This document shows positions 1 through 9,851 of a stretch of 49,390 nt of DNA, one piece after another. The stretch is taken from assembly GCA_040387495.1 (NCBI GenBank), contig JAZKDQ010000006.1, forward strand, positions 1-49,390. The letters are read 5' to 3'. Below the pieces are notes generated by a model. That model saw only the letters and a list, made by a program, of their open reading frames with translations. It searched no databases and had not been told where the DNA came from. How positions within the stretch are numbered: position 1 is the first letter of the stretch; each line of letters begins with the position of its first letter. This DNA is from Pseudomonadota bacterium. Lineage in GTDB: Bacteria; Pseudomonadota; Alphaproteobacteria; Paracaedibacterales; CAIOTO01. Made by a program: the position numbers and the translations under genes.

Positions 1-65
1 ATATTTTATATTTTTATAATAATACACCGACGTTATTAATTATATGCAAACTAATCAAATCAAAA

Positions 66-413
66 TTATATTACTCTTTGATTGAGACCTAGTGTTATAG
101 GTTGATTTGATTCAACTGGTGTTGGATCTGGGGTTGTAGGTGGAATTGGATCATAGGGTGATGGTGTTGGATCTGGAGTTATAGGCGGAATTGGATCACC
201 GGGCGTAGGTATCGGATCTGGAATTGTAGGTGGGATTGGATCGATGGGTGTTGGCGTTAGATATGGAGGAGTTATAGGTGGAATTGATATAGGCGGCATC
301 GGTGGCAAAGAAGCTCCAGCGATCTTATAATAATTTAGAATCTTCCCTTGTTCGTTTGTCTGTTTTTCTAATTCTTTCAAAATATCTTTATTTGAATCGT
401 GTGCTGAATTCAT
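66..413 (-). CDS. Proline-rich repeat protein (DPIPP/PDPTP repeats), function unknown
   Basis: Start moved to ATG at 413 (GGAG RBS upstream). Charged N-terminus, then repeated DPIPPx(T/I)PDPxP units. Confidence 0.6.
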   Translation of the reverse strand: MNSAHDSNKDILKELEKQTNEQGKILNYYKIAGASLPPMPPISIPPITPPYLTPTPIDPIPPTIPDPIPTPGDPIPPITPDPTPSPYDPIPPTTPDPTPVESNQPITLGLNQRVI

Positions 414-450
414 GATTATCTCCAAAAATTTACCACTTAAAATCACTATT

Positions 451-1119
451 TTACATTACATAACCTAATACAAGCTCATCATTAACTTCTGTTACTCCTG
501 GAACTGACCAAGCTGCTTTATGCGCCTCTTTCTTTTCAGCCCAAGAGCGAACTGTTCCTTTAAGTGTAACCTTGCTTCCATCAACAACAACATGAATAAT
601 TTTAGCATCTAGCGAAGCATTACGCTGAAATTCACGCATAATTTGCTTGGATACATCTTGTGGATCTACAGAAATTTTTATAGGCCTAACCATAATATGA
701 TTTATAATATTTTTAATACCACGCATGTGTTTGATACATTTTGCAGCTCTTTTTTTTTGATAATAATCATCTACCTCTCCTGTCAATATCACACTTCCGT
801 TTTCCACAGTCACTTCAACATTTCCTGTGGGCTTAATAGAAGCATCCCAGGCAATCGCATTTACAATGGCTTCTGCAATTGCGATATCACTGCGTTGAAG
901 AGACGTATCTAATTCAACTTCGAGTTTATCAATAACATTTTTTATTCCTCGAAGATTCTTCGTAGCTTGTTCGGTAAGATACTTTTCTACATATGTTCGT
1001 ACACTTCCATTTAATGTGACAATTCCATCTTTTACTAGAACAATAATATTGTGTGATCTCAAACCAGGCTCAAACATAAGTTTATCGATAACTTCTACTG
1101 CAATTGCCGCATCATCCAT
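451..1119 (-). CDS. Triple BON-domain (OsmY-like) protein
   Basis: Three BON-type units (V.V.DG.VTL.G.V ... A....GV..V.D.L). ATG at 1119 has a GGAG RBS. Confidence 0.9.
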   Translation of the reverse strand: MDDAAIAVEVIDKLMFEPGLRSHNIIVLVKDGIVTLNGSVRTYVEKYLTEQATKNLRGIKNVIDKLEVELDTSLQRSDIAIAEAIVNAIAWDASIKPTGNVEVTVENGSVILTGEVDDYYQKKRAAKCIKHMRGIKNIINHIMVRPIKISVDPQDVSKQIMREFQRNASLDAKIIHVVVDGSKVTLKGTVRSWAEKKEAHKAAWSVPGVTEVNDELVLGYVM

Positions 1120-1321
1120 AAATAAGCACTCCATTTCTTTTATAAACACATTTTATCAAAAATATATAAATATAAAATAAGAAATATAATGCAATTTTAA
1201 ATATAACTTATTTTTATTCTTATTATACATATATTTATCTAAAAAAATTATAAAAAACTGATTAGTATGCTGTTTTGTCTCTTAAATAGTATGTTTCTAA
1301 CAATTTCTCAATTAATTGCTA

Positions 1322-2488
1322 CTAAACTATTTTTTCATCTTTAGCACTTATACAATAAAGTATGAACGATAAAACACTTAAGGTTATTGTCCAGAAAAAA
1401 ACCGAATGTATAGTTTTATCAAATGATAAACTAAATAAAATAATAGTTATAGTCATAAGGGCATTACGCAAAAGACTAACCACAGCTACAGCAAGTGCTA
1501 TATTTTCCGATTGAATTTCATACGCTTTTGTTGAACACGCTGTAATGATATAAGGAGCGTAATAATACGCAATGCATAAGATTGCAATAATTATATAAGG
1601 GTTATCAGGTGTAATATGCGTAAGAATTAAACCTGCGCCAACAATGTAGATTAACAAACCTTTAGACCCTATTTCCAATGCCTTACCTAATCCATTATTA
1701 TGAATCTTATGCCGATATGCTATGTTTCCGAAAAGATTAAAGAGAATGGGAAAGGATAGCAAAATAGAAAATTTCAAGGGCGAAAACTTATATGTATCAA
1801 TAAAAATAAATGGATTGCTCACTGTAAAAATAAGCAAAATGCATGTGGGCACAACGTGACCTAAAGTCATCAACATAAATGTAGGATCTTTGGTCATAAT
1901 AATTATTTTTTTAAGCAGCAGTGAAAATTCTTGTGATTTCCTGGATTTTTTTAACGTTTCAGGAAGATAAAATAATACTTGGATTGTTAAAATAACGGCA
2001 ATGATCAATAAAAACCAAAAATTGGCACGCCATCCAAAATAACTTGATAATTGCGCTCCGATAATTGGGATTAACATACATATCAAGGCAAAGGTTATAT
2101 TAAATGTCCCTAAGAAATGCGTATAGGCAACACCTTGATAGATATCAGAAGCGATCGCTATTACTATAATATTAACCCCACCTGATCCTAGATCCTGGAC
2201 AAGACGGCTACCTAAAAAGCTATAGATATCATTAGACAAAGCGCACCCTAAAGAGCCTACAGAGAATAATGCCATAGCAAATAACAACATGTTACGCCTA
2301 CCATGAATATCGCTCCACCTACCATAGAAAATTCCAATTACTGAAGCTATTAAAGGGCCTAAAATAATACTGAGCTGCATTAAGAATTCATGCGGACCAA
2401 AATGATTGCTAATTATAGGCAAAAAAGGCAAGTAAATACTATTGCCAGCAACCAATAATATAGATGTAAGTATAACTAACTTGACCAT
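1322..2488 (-). CDS. MFS transporter, Bcr/CflA (DHA1)-like
   Basis: About 12 hydrophobic segments, IYLPFLP motif, MFS motif A GRWSDIHGRR, FGWRANF, LPET. Confidence 0.85.
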   Translation of the reverse strand: MVKLVILTSILLVAGNSIYLPFLPIISNHFGPHEFLMQLSIILGPLIASVIGIFYGRWSDIHGRRNMLLFAMALFSVGSLGCALSNDIYSFLGSRLVQDLGSGGVNIIVIAIASDIYQGVAYTHFLGTFNITFALICMLIPIIGAQLSSYFGWRANFWFLLIIAVILTIQVLFYLPETLKKSRKSQEFSLLLKKIIIMTKDPTFMLMTLGHVVPTCILLIFTVSNPFIFIDTYKFSPLKFSILLSFPILFNLFGNIAYRHKIHNNGLGKALEIGSKGLLIYIVGAGLILTHITPDNPYIIIAILCIAYYYAPYIITACSTKAYEIQSENIALAVAVVSLLRNALMTITIILFSLSFDKTIHSVFFWTITLSVLSFILYCISAKDEKIV

Positions 2489-2636
2489 AACAACTCTCCA
2501 ATGAAATACTGTTACAATTTTGTTGTAAAAATCACTTTATAGAGGCTCCCATGTGGAAATATTGTTAACGTGAATGGTTATAGATTCGATGCTACAAAAA
2601 AATATTCATTTTAGGAGCACCGAACAGGCTTCAATA

Positions 2637-2936
2637 CTAATCCGAAGGAATTACTTCCAGAGGAATATCAGGAAGTTTTCCTTTTAATACTCCAGTATTA
2701 CGCGAAATATTTAACTCTATGTTTTTAAGATTATTCTCCATTGATGTCATGCGGTCTTCTATCCCTGAGGAAAAGCTATTTACTTTTTCTTCTAATTTTT
2801 GCAGCCTTTGCTCTATAACAATTTGATTTTTCGATCCTTCTTCACTCCCCTTCCACTTTTCTACTAAAATTGGCCCAAAAAGACCTCCAAAAACACCAAT
2901 TAGGGCTGGAAGCATTACACTTTTAAAATCAAACAT
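2637..2936 (-). CDS. Small membrane-anchored coiled-coil protein (cassette gene D, copy 1)
   Basis: N-terminal Gly-rich TM (ALIGVFGGLFGPIL), heptad region, AGGAG RBS. Clear paralog of 5015..5323. Confidence 0.8.
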   Translation of the reverse strand: MFDFKSVMLPALIGVFGGLFGPILVEKWKGSEEGSKNQIVIEQRLQKLEEKVNSFSSGIEDRMTSMENNLKNIELNISRNTGVLKGKLPDIPLEVIPSD

Positions 2937-3075
2937 TTTTCTCTCCTAATTCTTATGACAATTTTTATATGTATGAAGTATCTGAAACCTTGCAAATCTT
3001 CGTGTCGAGCATGCGGATGGTAAAGTTGTAAATACAAACGTACTCCCTTAATCCGCATAAGAACCATATGGACAA

Positions 3076-3360
3076 CTATTCTACCCAGCGTTCTTTCGCA
3101 GCTTCATAAGCTTCTGCTGCTTTGTCTTTTGTTTGAGAGGCATTCTCTTTGGCTTTATCTCTAAAAGCCTCAGCATGTTCTTTTCCTTCTATTGCCTTCT
3201 CTTTGGCCTTGTGTTTTAAAGCTTCAGCATGCTTTTTTGTTTGGTCAATATTTTTTTCAGTTTTATCCTTTATTTCTTTGGCGGCGCTCGCATCTCTTAA
3301 ATGCAAATTCTCTTCTACTTTATGAACCAAATTTTTAGCCTTATCTTTTAAGTTATTCAT
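3076..3360 (-). CDS. Small cytoplasmic LEA/YtxH-like hydrophilic protein (cassette gene C, copy 1)
   Basis: K/E/A-rich amphipathic repeats, no signal peptide, AAGGAG RBS. Paralog of 5482..5685. Confidence 0.75.
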   Translation of the reverse strand: MNNLKDKAKNLVHKVEENLHLRDASAAKEIKDKTEKNIDQTKKHAEALKHKAKEKAIEGKEHAEAFRDKAKENASQTKDKAAEAYEAAKERWVE

Positions 3361-3424
3361 ATCAACTCTCCTTTACGTTTATATGTATAATTTTTTGTAC
3401 GATTACCAGATTAAGAATAAGTTA

Positions 3425-3979
3425 TTATTTAAGATTTTTTTTAGGCTTAGAAGAAACCTTTGTCATTTTCAGAAGAATCCCCTCCATCTCAGCATCGAGC
3501 TCATCAACAAGCTTGGTAATTAATGATTGCATGAGAATCTTAAGTTCACTTTCAGTCACATTTATAGGAGCCAAGACTTTCTGCCTAACTTTTGCTTCTG
3601 CAACAGACAAAACTACTCCTGCCTTATTAGATATTGAAAGAACAACGTCTAAACGACCTACTATTTCTTCTGGATTACGAGTGTTTGGAAGTTCAATAAT
3701 CGATGCATCCTGAATGGTAACCTGAGCCGTGCCGTGTTTACTACAAGCACGCAGTCGAACTTTTGTCCATTTTTCAACACCTTGCGCGAGCGCAAAAGAA
3801 AACAATTTATCTGATTCAGACAATCGGGAATGAGTATTAAAATCGCGTGTCACACTAATTGAATTAGCATTAAGTAAAATTGGGGGTTTTATTTCGTAGT
3901 GTGATTTCACGCTATCTACCCTATTACAAGCAGACAATCCTAAGCTTAGTAGTAATACTAAATATTGCTTCTTTTTCAT
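3425..3979 (-). CDS. Lipoprotein of unknown function (cassette gene B, copy 1)
   Basis: Lipobox LSAC after a basic and hydrophobic N-terminus, AAGGAG RBS. Paralog of 5763..6323 (shared GRLDV.LSI, EAKV). Confidence 0.85.
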   Translation of the reverse strand: MKKKQYLVLLLSLGLSACNRVDSVKSHYEIKPPILLNANSISVTRDFNTHSRLSESDKLFSFALAQGVEKWTKVRLRACSKHGTAQVTIQDASIIELPNTRNPEEIVGRLDVVLSISNKAGVVLSVAEAKVRQKVLAPINVTESELKILMQSLITKLVDELDAEMEGILLKMTKVSSKPKKNLK

Positions 3980-4093
3980 TGTTACTCTCCTTAATAAATC
4001 CTGTGAATTTCAACAGGTTGGTTAAAAAAAATATTTCAGTCTCCCTGGGTGTATTTTGAACACCAAATAATTAACGCACCTGAAATGTTTTGT

Positions 4094-4675
4094 TTATTTT
4101 TCCAACTTTTTGTCAGTAGCGGACTCGTCCATAGCAACATCTGTACCAGAGCTATCTGTAGATGCACCTATTATTTTATTTTTTCCTTCTTTACCTAGTT
4201 TTCTAGCCTTTTCATAAATAGGAGCAATCTTTTCTTTGCTTACGTCAATCACCTCACCGATTTTAGTTTTTGTTTCCTTAGATTTTTCTTTACCTTTGTC
4301 GTAGATTTCTTTGGCTTTTTCTTTGCCTGCATCCGCCGCTTCACCAACTTTACTTTTTTCTTCTTTTAATTTTTCTTTGCTTTCTTCAGCTTTATCCTTT
4401 CCTTTTTCATAAAAATTTTCTGTTTTTTCTTTACTCTTGTCGTAGATTTCTTTGGCCTTATTTTTGACTTTATCCAAATCTTCATTGGTTTGGTTTCGTG
4501 CATTCTGAATTTTTTCTTTTTGAGAAATACCGTCATCAGCTTGGTGGGTACTTATATGAGAGTCTTCTCGTAACGTAGATTCTGCATGAACAGAAGTACA
4601 CGTTAATCCCAAAGCAAGCATATGCGTCAAAGTAAGTATCTTTTTATTAGTATACATGGTTTTTTTATTGATCAT
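4094..4675 (-). CDS. Exported LEA-like protein (cassette gene A, copy 1)
   Basis: ATG at 4675 with AAAGGA RBS, signal peptide ending VHA, KAKEIYDKGKEK-type 11-mers. Paralog of 6427..7299. Confidence 0.8.
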   Translation of the reverse strand: MINKKTMYTNKKILTLTHMLALGLTCTSVHAESTLREDSHISTHQADDGISQKEKIQNARNQTNEDLDKVKNKAKEIYDKSKEKTENFYEKGKDKAEESKEKLKEEKSKVGEAADAGKEKAKEIYDKGKEKSKETKTKIGEVIDVSKEKIAPIYEKARKLGKEGKNKIIGASTDSSGTDVAMDESATDKKLEK

Positions 4676-4745
4676 TTCATCAGTCCTTTCAAAATACTCA
4701 AAACATAATATAACATGTTTAAATAAAATCACCTCTATTTCTGAC

Positions 4746-4774
4746 AGTATGGTAATTATTAATGAATGTGTCAA
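4746..4774 (-). promoter_or_regulatory. Sigma70-type promoter of cassette copy 1
   Basis: Minus strand TTGACA-17 nt-CATACT. Identical hexamers and spacing at 7378..7406. Confidence 0.75.
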
Positions 4775-5014
4775 CGCACGAAATTGATGCTTGTAACTTA
4801 CCGTTTTTTGGTTTTTTAGAATAATGCAAGATGTGAGAGTTTTACTCAGATCCTAAGCGCTATCGTGCAATATTATTTTAATAAAACAAACTTAAATTAC
4901 AAAAAATATATAATATCCTATATAAGTGAATACATTTATTCACATTGAATCTTATGAAAGTTGAAAAGAAGTCATAAAAACATCGGTTTAATAATGAGAA
5001 AGAATATCTGATTT

Positions 5015-5323
5015 TTAAGATTGAGATTTGGAAGGCTGGACTTCTAAGGGAATATCAGGCAGAGAACCTTTCAATATCCCGGCATTACGCGAGACATCTA
5101 TTTCAACTGCCTTGATCTCACTCTCTAACGAAGGCACACGGGAATCTAAACTCGCTGAAAGGTTTGTTGCTTTTTCTTCTAAACTTTGTAGCTTCTCTTC
5201 CATTATCAGTTGCATTTTAGATTCTGCCTCACTGTCTTTCCATTTTTCAACGAGAATAGGACCTAAAAGCCCACCAAGAACACCGACAGCAGCGGGAAGG
5301 ATAACACTTTTGAAATCAAGCAT
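5015..5323 (-). CDS. Small membrane-anchored coiled-coil protein (cassette gene D, copy 2)
   Basis: MLDFKSVILPAAVGVLGGLLGPILVEKWK matches copy 1, shared C-terminal LPDIPLEV. Confidence 0.8.
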   Translation of the reverse strand: MLDFKSVILPAAVGVLGGLLGPILVEKWKDSEAESKMQLIMEEKLQSLEEKATNLSASLDSRVPSLESEIKAVEIDVSRNAGILKGSLPDIPLEVQPSKSQS

Positions 5324-5481
5324 ATTTTTACTTTTCAAAGAAACCTGTTATAGATATATTTTCTATAACAGGTTGCTAAATGTTAGTTTCTTAGTTTTAA
5401 TAAGCAAAATTTTAAAGCTACATAAAGGAAACCATCTTAAAGAAAACGCCATATAGCTCCTATGTGACTTTTCTACCTCGG

Positions 5482-5685
5482 CTACTCAAACTTCTCTTTT
5501 AGCTCATAGCCATTTTCTTTAGCTTTATGCATTAAGGCTTCGCCGTGCTCTTTCACTTGTTCTGCCTTATCTTTTGCTTTCTCCCCAAGTTGTTCGGCCT
5601 TATCCTTTGCTTTATCTTTTAAATCAATAGCATGTTCTTTAGTTTGCTCTACTTTTTCGTTGGTTTTTTCTTTTAAGGTAGTCAT
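5482..5685 (-). CDS. Small cytoplasmic LEA/YtxH-like protein (cassette gene C, copy 2)
   Basis: KAKDKAEQ 11-mer repeats, AAGGAG RBS. Confidence 0.75.
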   Translation of the reverse strand: MTTLKEKTNEKVEQTKEHAIDLKDKAKDKAEQLGEKAKDKAEQVKEHGEALMHKAKENGYELKEKFE

Positions 5686-5762
5686 ACAATTCTCCTTAGC
5701 TATACGTTATTTGTTTTCAATCGCTTATTGGTTAAAAAACAAAGCGATGTCACGTCTTACCT

Positions 5763-6323
5763 TTATTTAATTTGCTTTCCAAAAGAAGGTGAAGCATTTC
5801 CCATCATTTTAAAAAAAGAGGCCTCTATTTCTTTGTCTAAGCCATCGATCAGCTTGGTATTAAGAACTTGCTTACTCTTACTATATTCTTCTTCAGACAT
5901 ACCAGTAGGTACCGGGATTGTTTGGATAACCTTTGCCTCTGAATACGAATAGACTGCACCATTTTGACCGAGTATCGATAGCATTACATCTAAGCGGCCT
6001 TCAAGTTTGTTTACATTATGCATATCTGGAAGTACACTAATCGTTGCTTCACGTATCGTTAATTTTGCTATTCCTTCAGAACTCATCAGATGAAACCGTG
6101 TCTTTGCCCATCTCTCAACGTCTCTTACCATTGCTTTGGAAAAGAACTGATCTGAGTCGCGTGATTTTGCTTCAGGATTAAATTCATATGAGACCACAAT
6201 CGAATTTGCATTAATCGGAAGTTGTGATTTTGCTTCATACTGGGGTTTTATGGTATCGACTCGATCACAAGCAGATACAAATAAACTGAGCACTAATGCT
6301 GCATACGTTGTCTTTTTCATCAT
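5763..6323 (-). CDS. Lipoprotein of unknown function (cassette gene B, copy 2)
   Basis: Lipobox VSAC, paralog of 3425..3979. Confidence 0.85.
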   Translation of the reverse strand: MMKKTTYAALVLSLFVSACDRVDTIKPQYEAKSQLPINANSIVVSYEFNPEAKSRDSDQFFSKAMVRDVERWAKTRFHLMSSEGIAKLTIREATISVLPDMHNVNKLEGRLDVMLSILGQNGAVYSYSEAKVIQTIPVPTGMSEEEYSKSKQVLNTKLIDGLDKEIEASFFKMMGNASPSFGKQIK

Positions 6324-6426
6324 TTTTTCCCTTAATATAACAAGTTATGTGACTTTAAAAGCCTGTGTTTTGATTTTAGCTACTTATTAATTCTAATTTT
6401 ATTTAATTATCGATAAAGTGGCCTGC

Positions 6427-7299
6427 TTAATCAGCTTTCTCCCGATCAGGAGAAGCATCATGCGCAGGAGCGCCTGTTATTTTCTCTTTTACATTTTGGT
6501 ATGCGCCAGCTACTTTTTCTTTTGTTCTTTGGTAAAGTCCCTCTGATTTTTCTTTACCTCTTACATAAAGCTCTCCTGCTTTTTTGCTACCTTCACTTGC
6601 CTTTTCTTTTACAGCTTCAGCTTTGTCTTTGATTTTGTCCTTGGCATCTGCAGTTTTACCCTTGGCTTTGTCCTTAGCATTTTCGGTTTTATCTTTGCCT
6701 TGGGCTGCCTTTTCTTTAACACCGTCTTTTACAGCTTCAGCCTTATCTTTAACTTTGTCTTTAGCCTCTTCCGCTTTATCTTTGCCTTGGCCTGCCTTTT
6801 CCTTACCACCGTCTTTTACAGCTTCAGCCTTATCCTTGACTTTTTCTTTAGCATTTTCGGCTTTATCTTTGCCTTCGGCGGCCTTTTCTTTGACGCCATC
6901 TTTTACCGCTTCGGCCTTATCCTTGACTTTGTCCTTAGCATTTTCGACTTTATCTTTGCCTTGGGCTGTCTTTTCCTTAACACTGTCTTTTACAGCTTCA
7001 GCCTTATCCTTGACTTTGTCTTTAGCATCCTCGGCTTTATCCTTGCCATCGGCTATTTTTTCTTTAGTGTTAGACTTACTTTCGTCTATCACCTCAACTA
7101 TTCTATCCTTAGCTTCTTCCAATTTTTCTTTATCATTTTTTATAGAAGCAGACTCACTGGACTCCTGGTTTTTGCTTGCGTGAGGATCCTTTCGAGAAAC
7201 TTGTTCTCCATGCGCATACGTGTATGCTAACCCTAAGGTAAGCACAGATAGCAAGGGAGCCTTTTTGCAATTAACATATACATCTTTTGCATTTTTCAT
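6427..7299 (-). CDS. Exported LEA-like protein with 29-aa repeats (cassette gene A, copy 2)
   Basis: ATG at 7299 with AAAAGGA RBS, signal peptide ending AHG, K/D/E/A-rich repeats. Confidence 0.85.
   Translation of the reverse strand: MKNAKDVYVNCKKAPLLSVLTLGLAYTYAHGEQVSRKDPHASKNQESSESASIKNDKEKLEEAKDRIVEVIDESKSNTKEKIADGKDKAEDAKDKVKDKAEAVKDSVKEKTAQGKDKVENAKDKVKDKAEAVKDGVKEKAAEGKDKAENAKEKVKDKAEAVKDGGKEKAGQGKDKAEEAKDKVKDKAEAVKDGVKEKAAQGKDKTENAKDKAKGKTADAKDKIKDKAEAVKEKASEGSKKAGELYVRGKEKSEGLYQRTKEKVAGAYQNVKEKITGAPAHDASPDREKAD
6700..7047 (-). repeat. Four tandem 87-bp coding repeats (GKDKAExAKDKVKDKAEAVKDGVKEKAAQ)
   Basis: Period of 29 codons, visible in both DNA and protein. Confidence 0.9.
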
Positions 7300-7377
7300 C
7301 GTAATGTTCCTTTTCAAGCAGTTATTAATTTCAAAAAATTATCTATTTGGTTTATGAACTCCTTCCTCTGTTTTGAG

Positions 7378-7406
7378 AGTATGATTATAATCACCAGATG
7401 TGTCAA
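7378..7406 (-). promoter_or_regulatory. Sigma70-type promoter of cassette copy 2
   Basis: Minus strand TTGACA-17 nt-CATACT. Confidence 0.75.
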
Positions 7407-8028
7407 CGAAATGGGACAAGGTAGAATTCTCGTCGGCTTTGATTTTATCATACCCACCTAAGAAGGGTGAGTTTACCTAGAATCTATTTTTTTTATAAAA
7501 ATATAATAACAATAAATCAGACAAAAAAAACACATCAATTAGAGTAATTAAAATAAAAAAACACATGGTTTTACAACATTTCTCATGAAAGCTGAAAAAC
7601 TTTTTCAAACTCATTTATTTGCCACTCAAAAAAGCCAAAAATCCTTAATAAAAATGAATAATTTAAAGACAATTAGCATTATGTTTAAAGAAAGGCTTGT
7701 CAGCTTTATGCGATTCTCTTAAATTTCAAGGCCTAAAAAGAGAGCTTTCAATTTTTTCATCTTCCCTAAGACCTTCAATACTTAAAGGGGTGGATAGTTG
7801 GATGGAGTGTTTCTTATAGCTATTAAACCTATGATAGCCCTCAGCACATTGTGCTTGGGGTGAGAATGATCTTGTCACTAAATAATCATGTTTTTTTCTG
7901 TGCTTTTAGCCTTTCACAAGGTTTAAAACCGTTATCCTATTCGCATTGCCTCGCAAAATATGAAGGTTTAGAATGAAAATATTATAAAGCTGCTCTATAG
8001 AAATGAGAAAAATATAAAGGAATTAACC

Positions 8029-8667
8029 ATGATAAAATTATTATCTTTTTCATTATTATTGATATTTTGCCATATGGCCTTAGGAGAAAGTTCTACCAAT
8101 GAATATAAACTTAATGATGCAAGAAATACGATCAAACTTGAAAAGTTTTTACTTGAAGCTGAAAAAAAATTTACGTTCAAAAATAAGCCTATTCACCCAG
8201 GAATAATTGAAAGTTTTGAGAACTGGGAAGAAGATTTAGAAGAACCTTACACGGTTGCCTGTGATCTTAACATGGCATCAAGCACATACAAATATCCAGA
8301 TGAGAATGTTAATAAAACAAATGCTGATTGGATTGCCTTCACTTCAGACGAAACAGGTTCTATTATCTATGAATACAAATTTGTTGGGTCATTAAAAAAC
8401 AAACTGAATATCGTTATTTCTAAAAGTTTGAATGACTATTATACATTGCATGCATTTGAATTCAAAATAGAACAGGGCATTTCCCATAAAGATCTAAAGC
8501 TTTACAATCGTCTTGTCCTTAAAAGTTATTTTCAAACACGGCTAGAATCTATCGATGATATTTCTATTAATGATAATGATGTCATCGTTGATGGAAAGAC
8601 CATTAGAATCGAACGAGAAATTTCAGCTGAGGTAGAAGGAAAAGTATATAAGCTTAACCTTACTTAA
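8029..8667 (+). CDS. Exported hypothetical protein
   Basis: AAGGA RBS, signal peptide. Stop overlaps the petB stop (TTAA at 8664-8667). Confidence 0.7.
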   Translation: MIKLLSFSLLLIFCHMALGESSTNEYKLNDARNTIKLEKFLLEAEKKFTFKNKPIHPGIIESFENWEEDLEEPYTVACDLNMASSTYKYPDENVNKTNADWIAFTSDETGSIIYEYKFVGSLKNKLNIVISKSLNDYYTLHAFEFKIEQGISHKDLKLYNRLVLKSYFQTRLESIDDISINDNDVIVDGKTIRIEREISAEVEGKVYKLNLT

Positions 8668-9851
8668 TGCCGTTTATAATCATCAAATCCATCTGGCAAT
8701 TTCACGCGTGGCTCGTAACGTGTTAACAGGGGATATAGGATGACAAAATGAAAGAAATAATAAGCCGTGCATAAACGCCCTAAAATTAAATAGATCCCTT
8801 CAGGTGGCTTGCCGCCAACCCAACCCAACACAAAACAATTCACAATAAATACCCAAAATAAGTATTTATAATATGGGCGAAAACGGCCGCTGCGCACGGG
8901 ATGCTTATCTAAGAAAGGCAAAATGAACAATACAAAAATAGCACCAAACATCGCAATTACACCGCCAAGCTTGCTTGGGATAGAACGCAAAATTGCGTAA
9001 AACGGTAAGAAATACCATTCCGGCACGATATGCGGTGGGGTAACAAGCGGGTTGGCAGGGATGTAATTATCAGGTTCACCAAAGAAATTCGGTGTGAAGA
9101 AAATCAATGCTGAAAAAATCAATAAATAAACGCTAAGCCCGAATAAATCTTTAATCGTGTAAAAGGGATGAAATGGCACGCTGTCCGACGGTTTTGTGCG
9201 CTCAATCCCCAAAGGGTTATTCGATCCAAATTGATGCAATGCAACCAAATGCAACATCGTGACGGCCACAATTAAAAATGGAAATAAATAATGCAGCACA
9301 AAAAAACGATTGAGTGTTGGGTTATCGACGGAAAAACCACCCCATAGCCAGTGTACGATGGCTTCCCCACCTGGAAAAGCCGAGAACAAATTCGTGATCA
9401 CCGTCGCGCCCCAAAAGCTCATCTGACCCCAAGGCAGCACATACCCCATGAATGCCGTTGCCATCATCAATAGTAAAATTACTACGCCAATCATCCATAG
9501 TAATTCCCTTGGTGCTTTATACGAACCATAATAAAGGCCTCGCGCCATATGAGCATACACCACAATGAAAAACATTGACGCACCGTTCATATGAATATAC
9601 CGGATTAACCAACCACCATTCACATTACGCATGATGCTTTCAACGCTATCAAATGCATGATCGACATGTGGAACATAATGCATCGCTAAAAAAATTCCAC
9701 TGATAATCATAATGACGAGGGTAATACCAGCAAGAGAGCCAAAATTCCACAAGTAATTCAGATTCTTAGGCGTTGGATATTCGCCTAATTCTTTATTGAT
9801 AAAATGAAAGATTGGTAGACGTTCGTCGATCCATTTGATGACTGAGTTCAT
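8664..9851 (-). CDS. petB: Cytochrome b of the bc1 complex
   Basis: WNFGSL, heme-ligand His in [32 protein letters not shown]. Confidence 0.98.
   Translation of the reverse strand: MNSVIKWIDERLPIFHFINKELGEYPTPKNLNYLWNFGSLAGITLVIMIISGIFLAMHYVPHVDHAFDSVESIMRNVNGGWLIRYIHMNGASMFFIVVYAHMARGLYYGSYKAPRELLWMIGVVILLLMMATAFMGYVLPWGQMSFWGATVITNLFSAFPGGEAIVHWLWGGFSVDNPTLNRFFVLHYLFPFLIVAVTMLHLVALHQFGSNNPLGIERTKPSDSVPFHPFYTIKDLFGLSVYLLIFSALIFFTPNFFGEPDNYIPANPLVTPPHIVPEWYFLPFYAILRSIPSKLGGVIAMFGAIFVLFILPFLDKHPVRSGRFRPYYKYLFWVFIVNCFVLGWVGGKPPEGIYLILGRLCTAYYFFHFVILYPLLTRYEPRVKLPDGFDDYKRH

Larger units (their letters stand above)
2637..7406. repeat. Diverged tandem duplication of a four-gene cassette (about 2.6-5.0 kb and 5.0-7.6 kb)
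   Basis: Same gene order, paralogous proteins, conserved promoter and a conserved upstream motif (cttatgaaagttgaaaa at 4951, ctcatgaaagctgaaaa at 7582). Confidence 0.9.

Noticed and set aside
3011..3058. Inverted repeat atgcggat / atccgcat between cassette genes C and D
   Set aside because: Only 8 bp with a long loop, and absent from copy 2.
4676..4774. N-terminal extension of the 4094 ORF
   Set aside because: Its TTG start is the -35 hexamer of the promoter. The RBS supports ATG 4675.
6584..7230. Long plus-strand ORFs (199 and 176 aa) opposite the LEA-like gene
   Set aside because: Antisense shadows of a repetitive K/D/A-rich gene. The same applies to the shadows at 22171, 24675, 28729, 29136 and 29957.
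7410..8028. Long non-coding stretch with small hairpins (e.g. 7838-7860)
   Set aside because: No recognisable ncRNA, riboswitch, IS end or ORF remnant.
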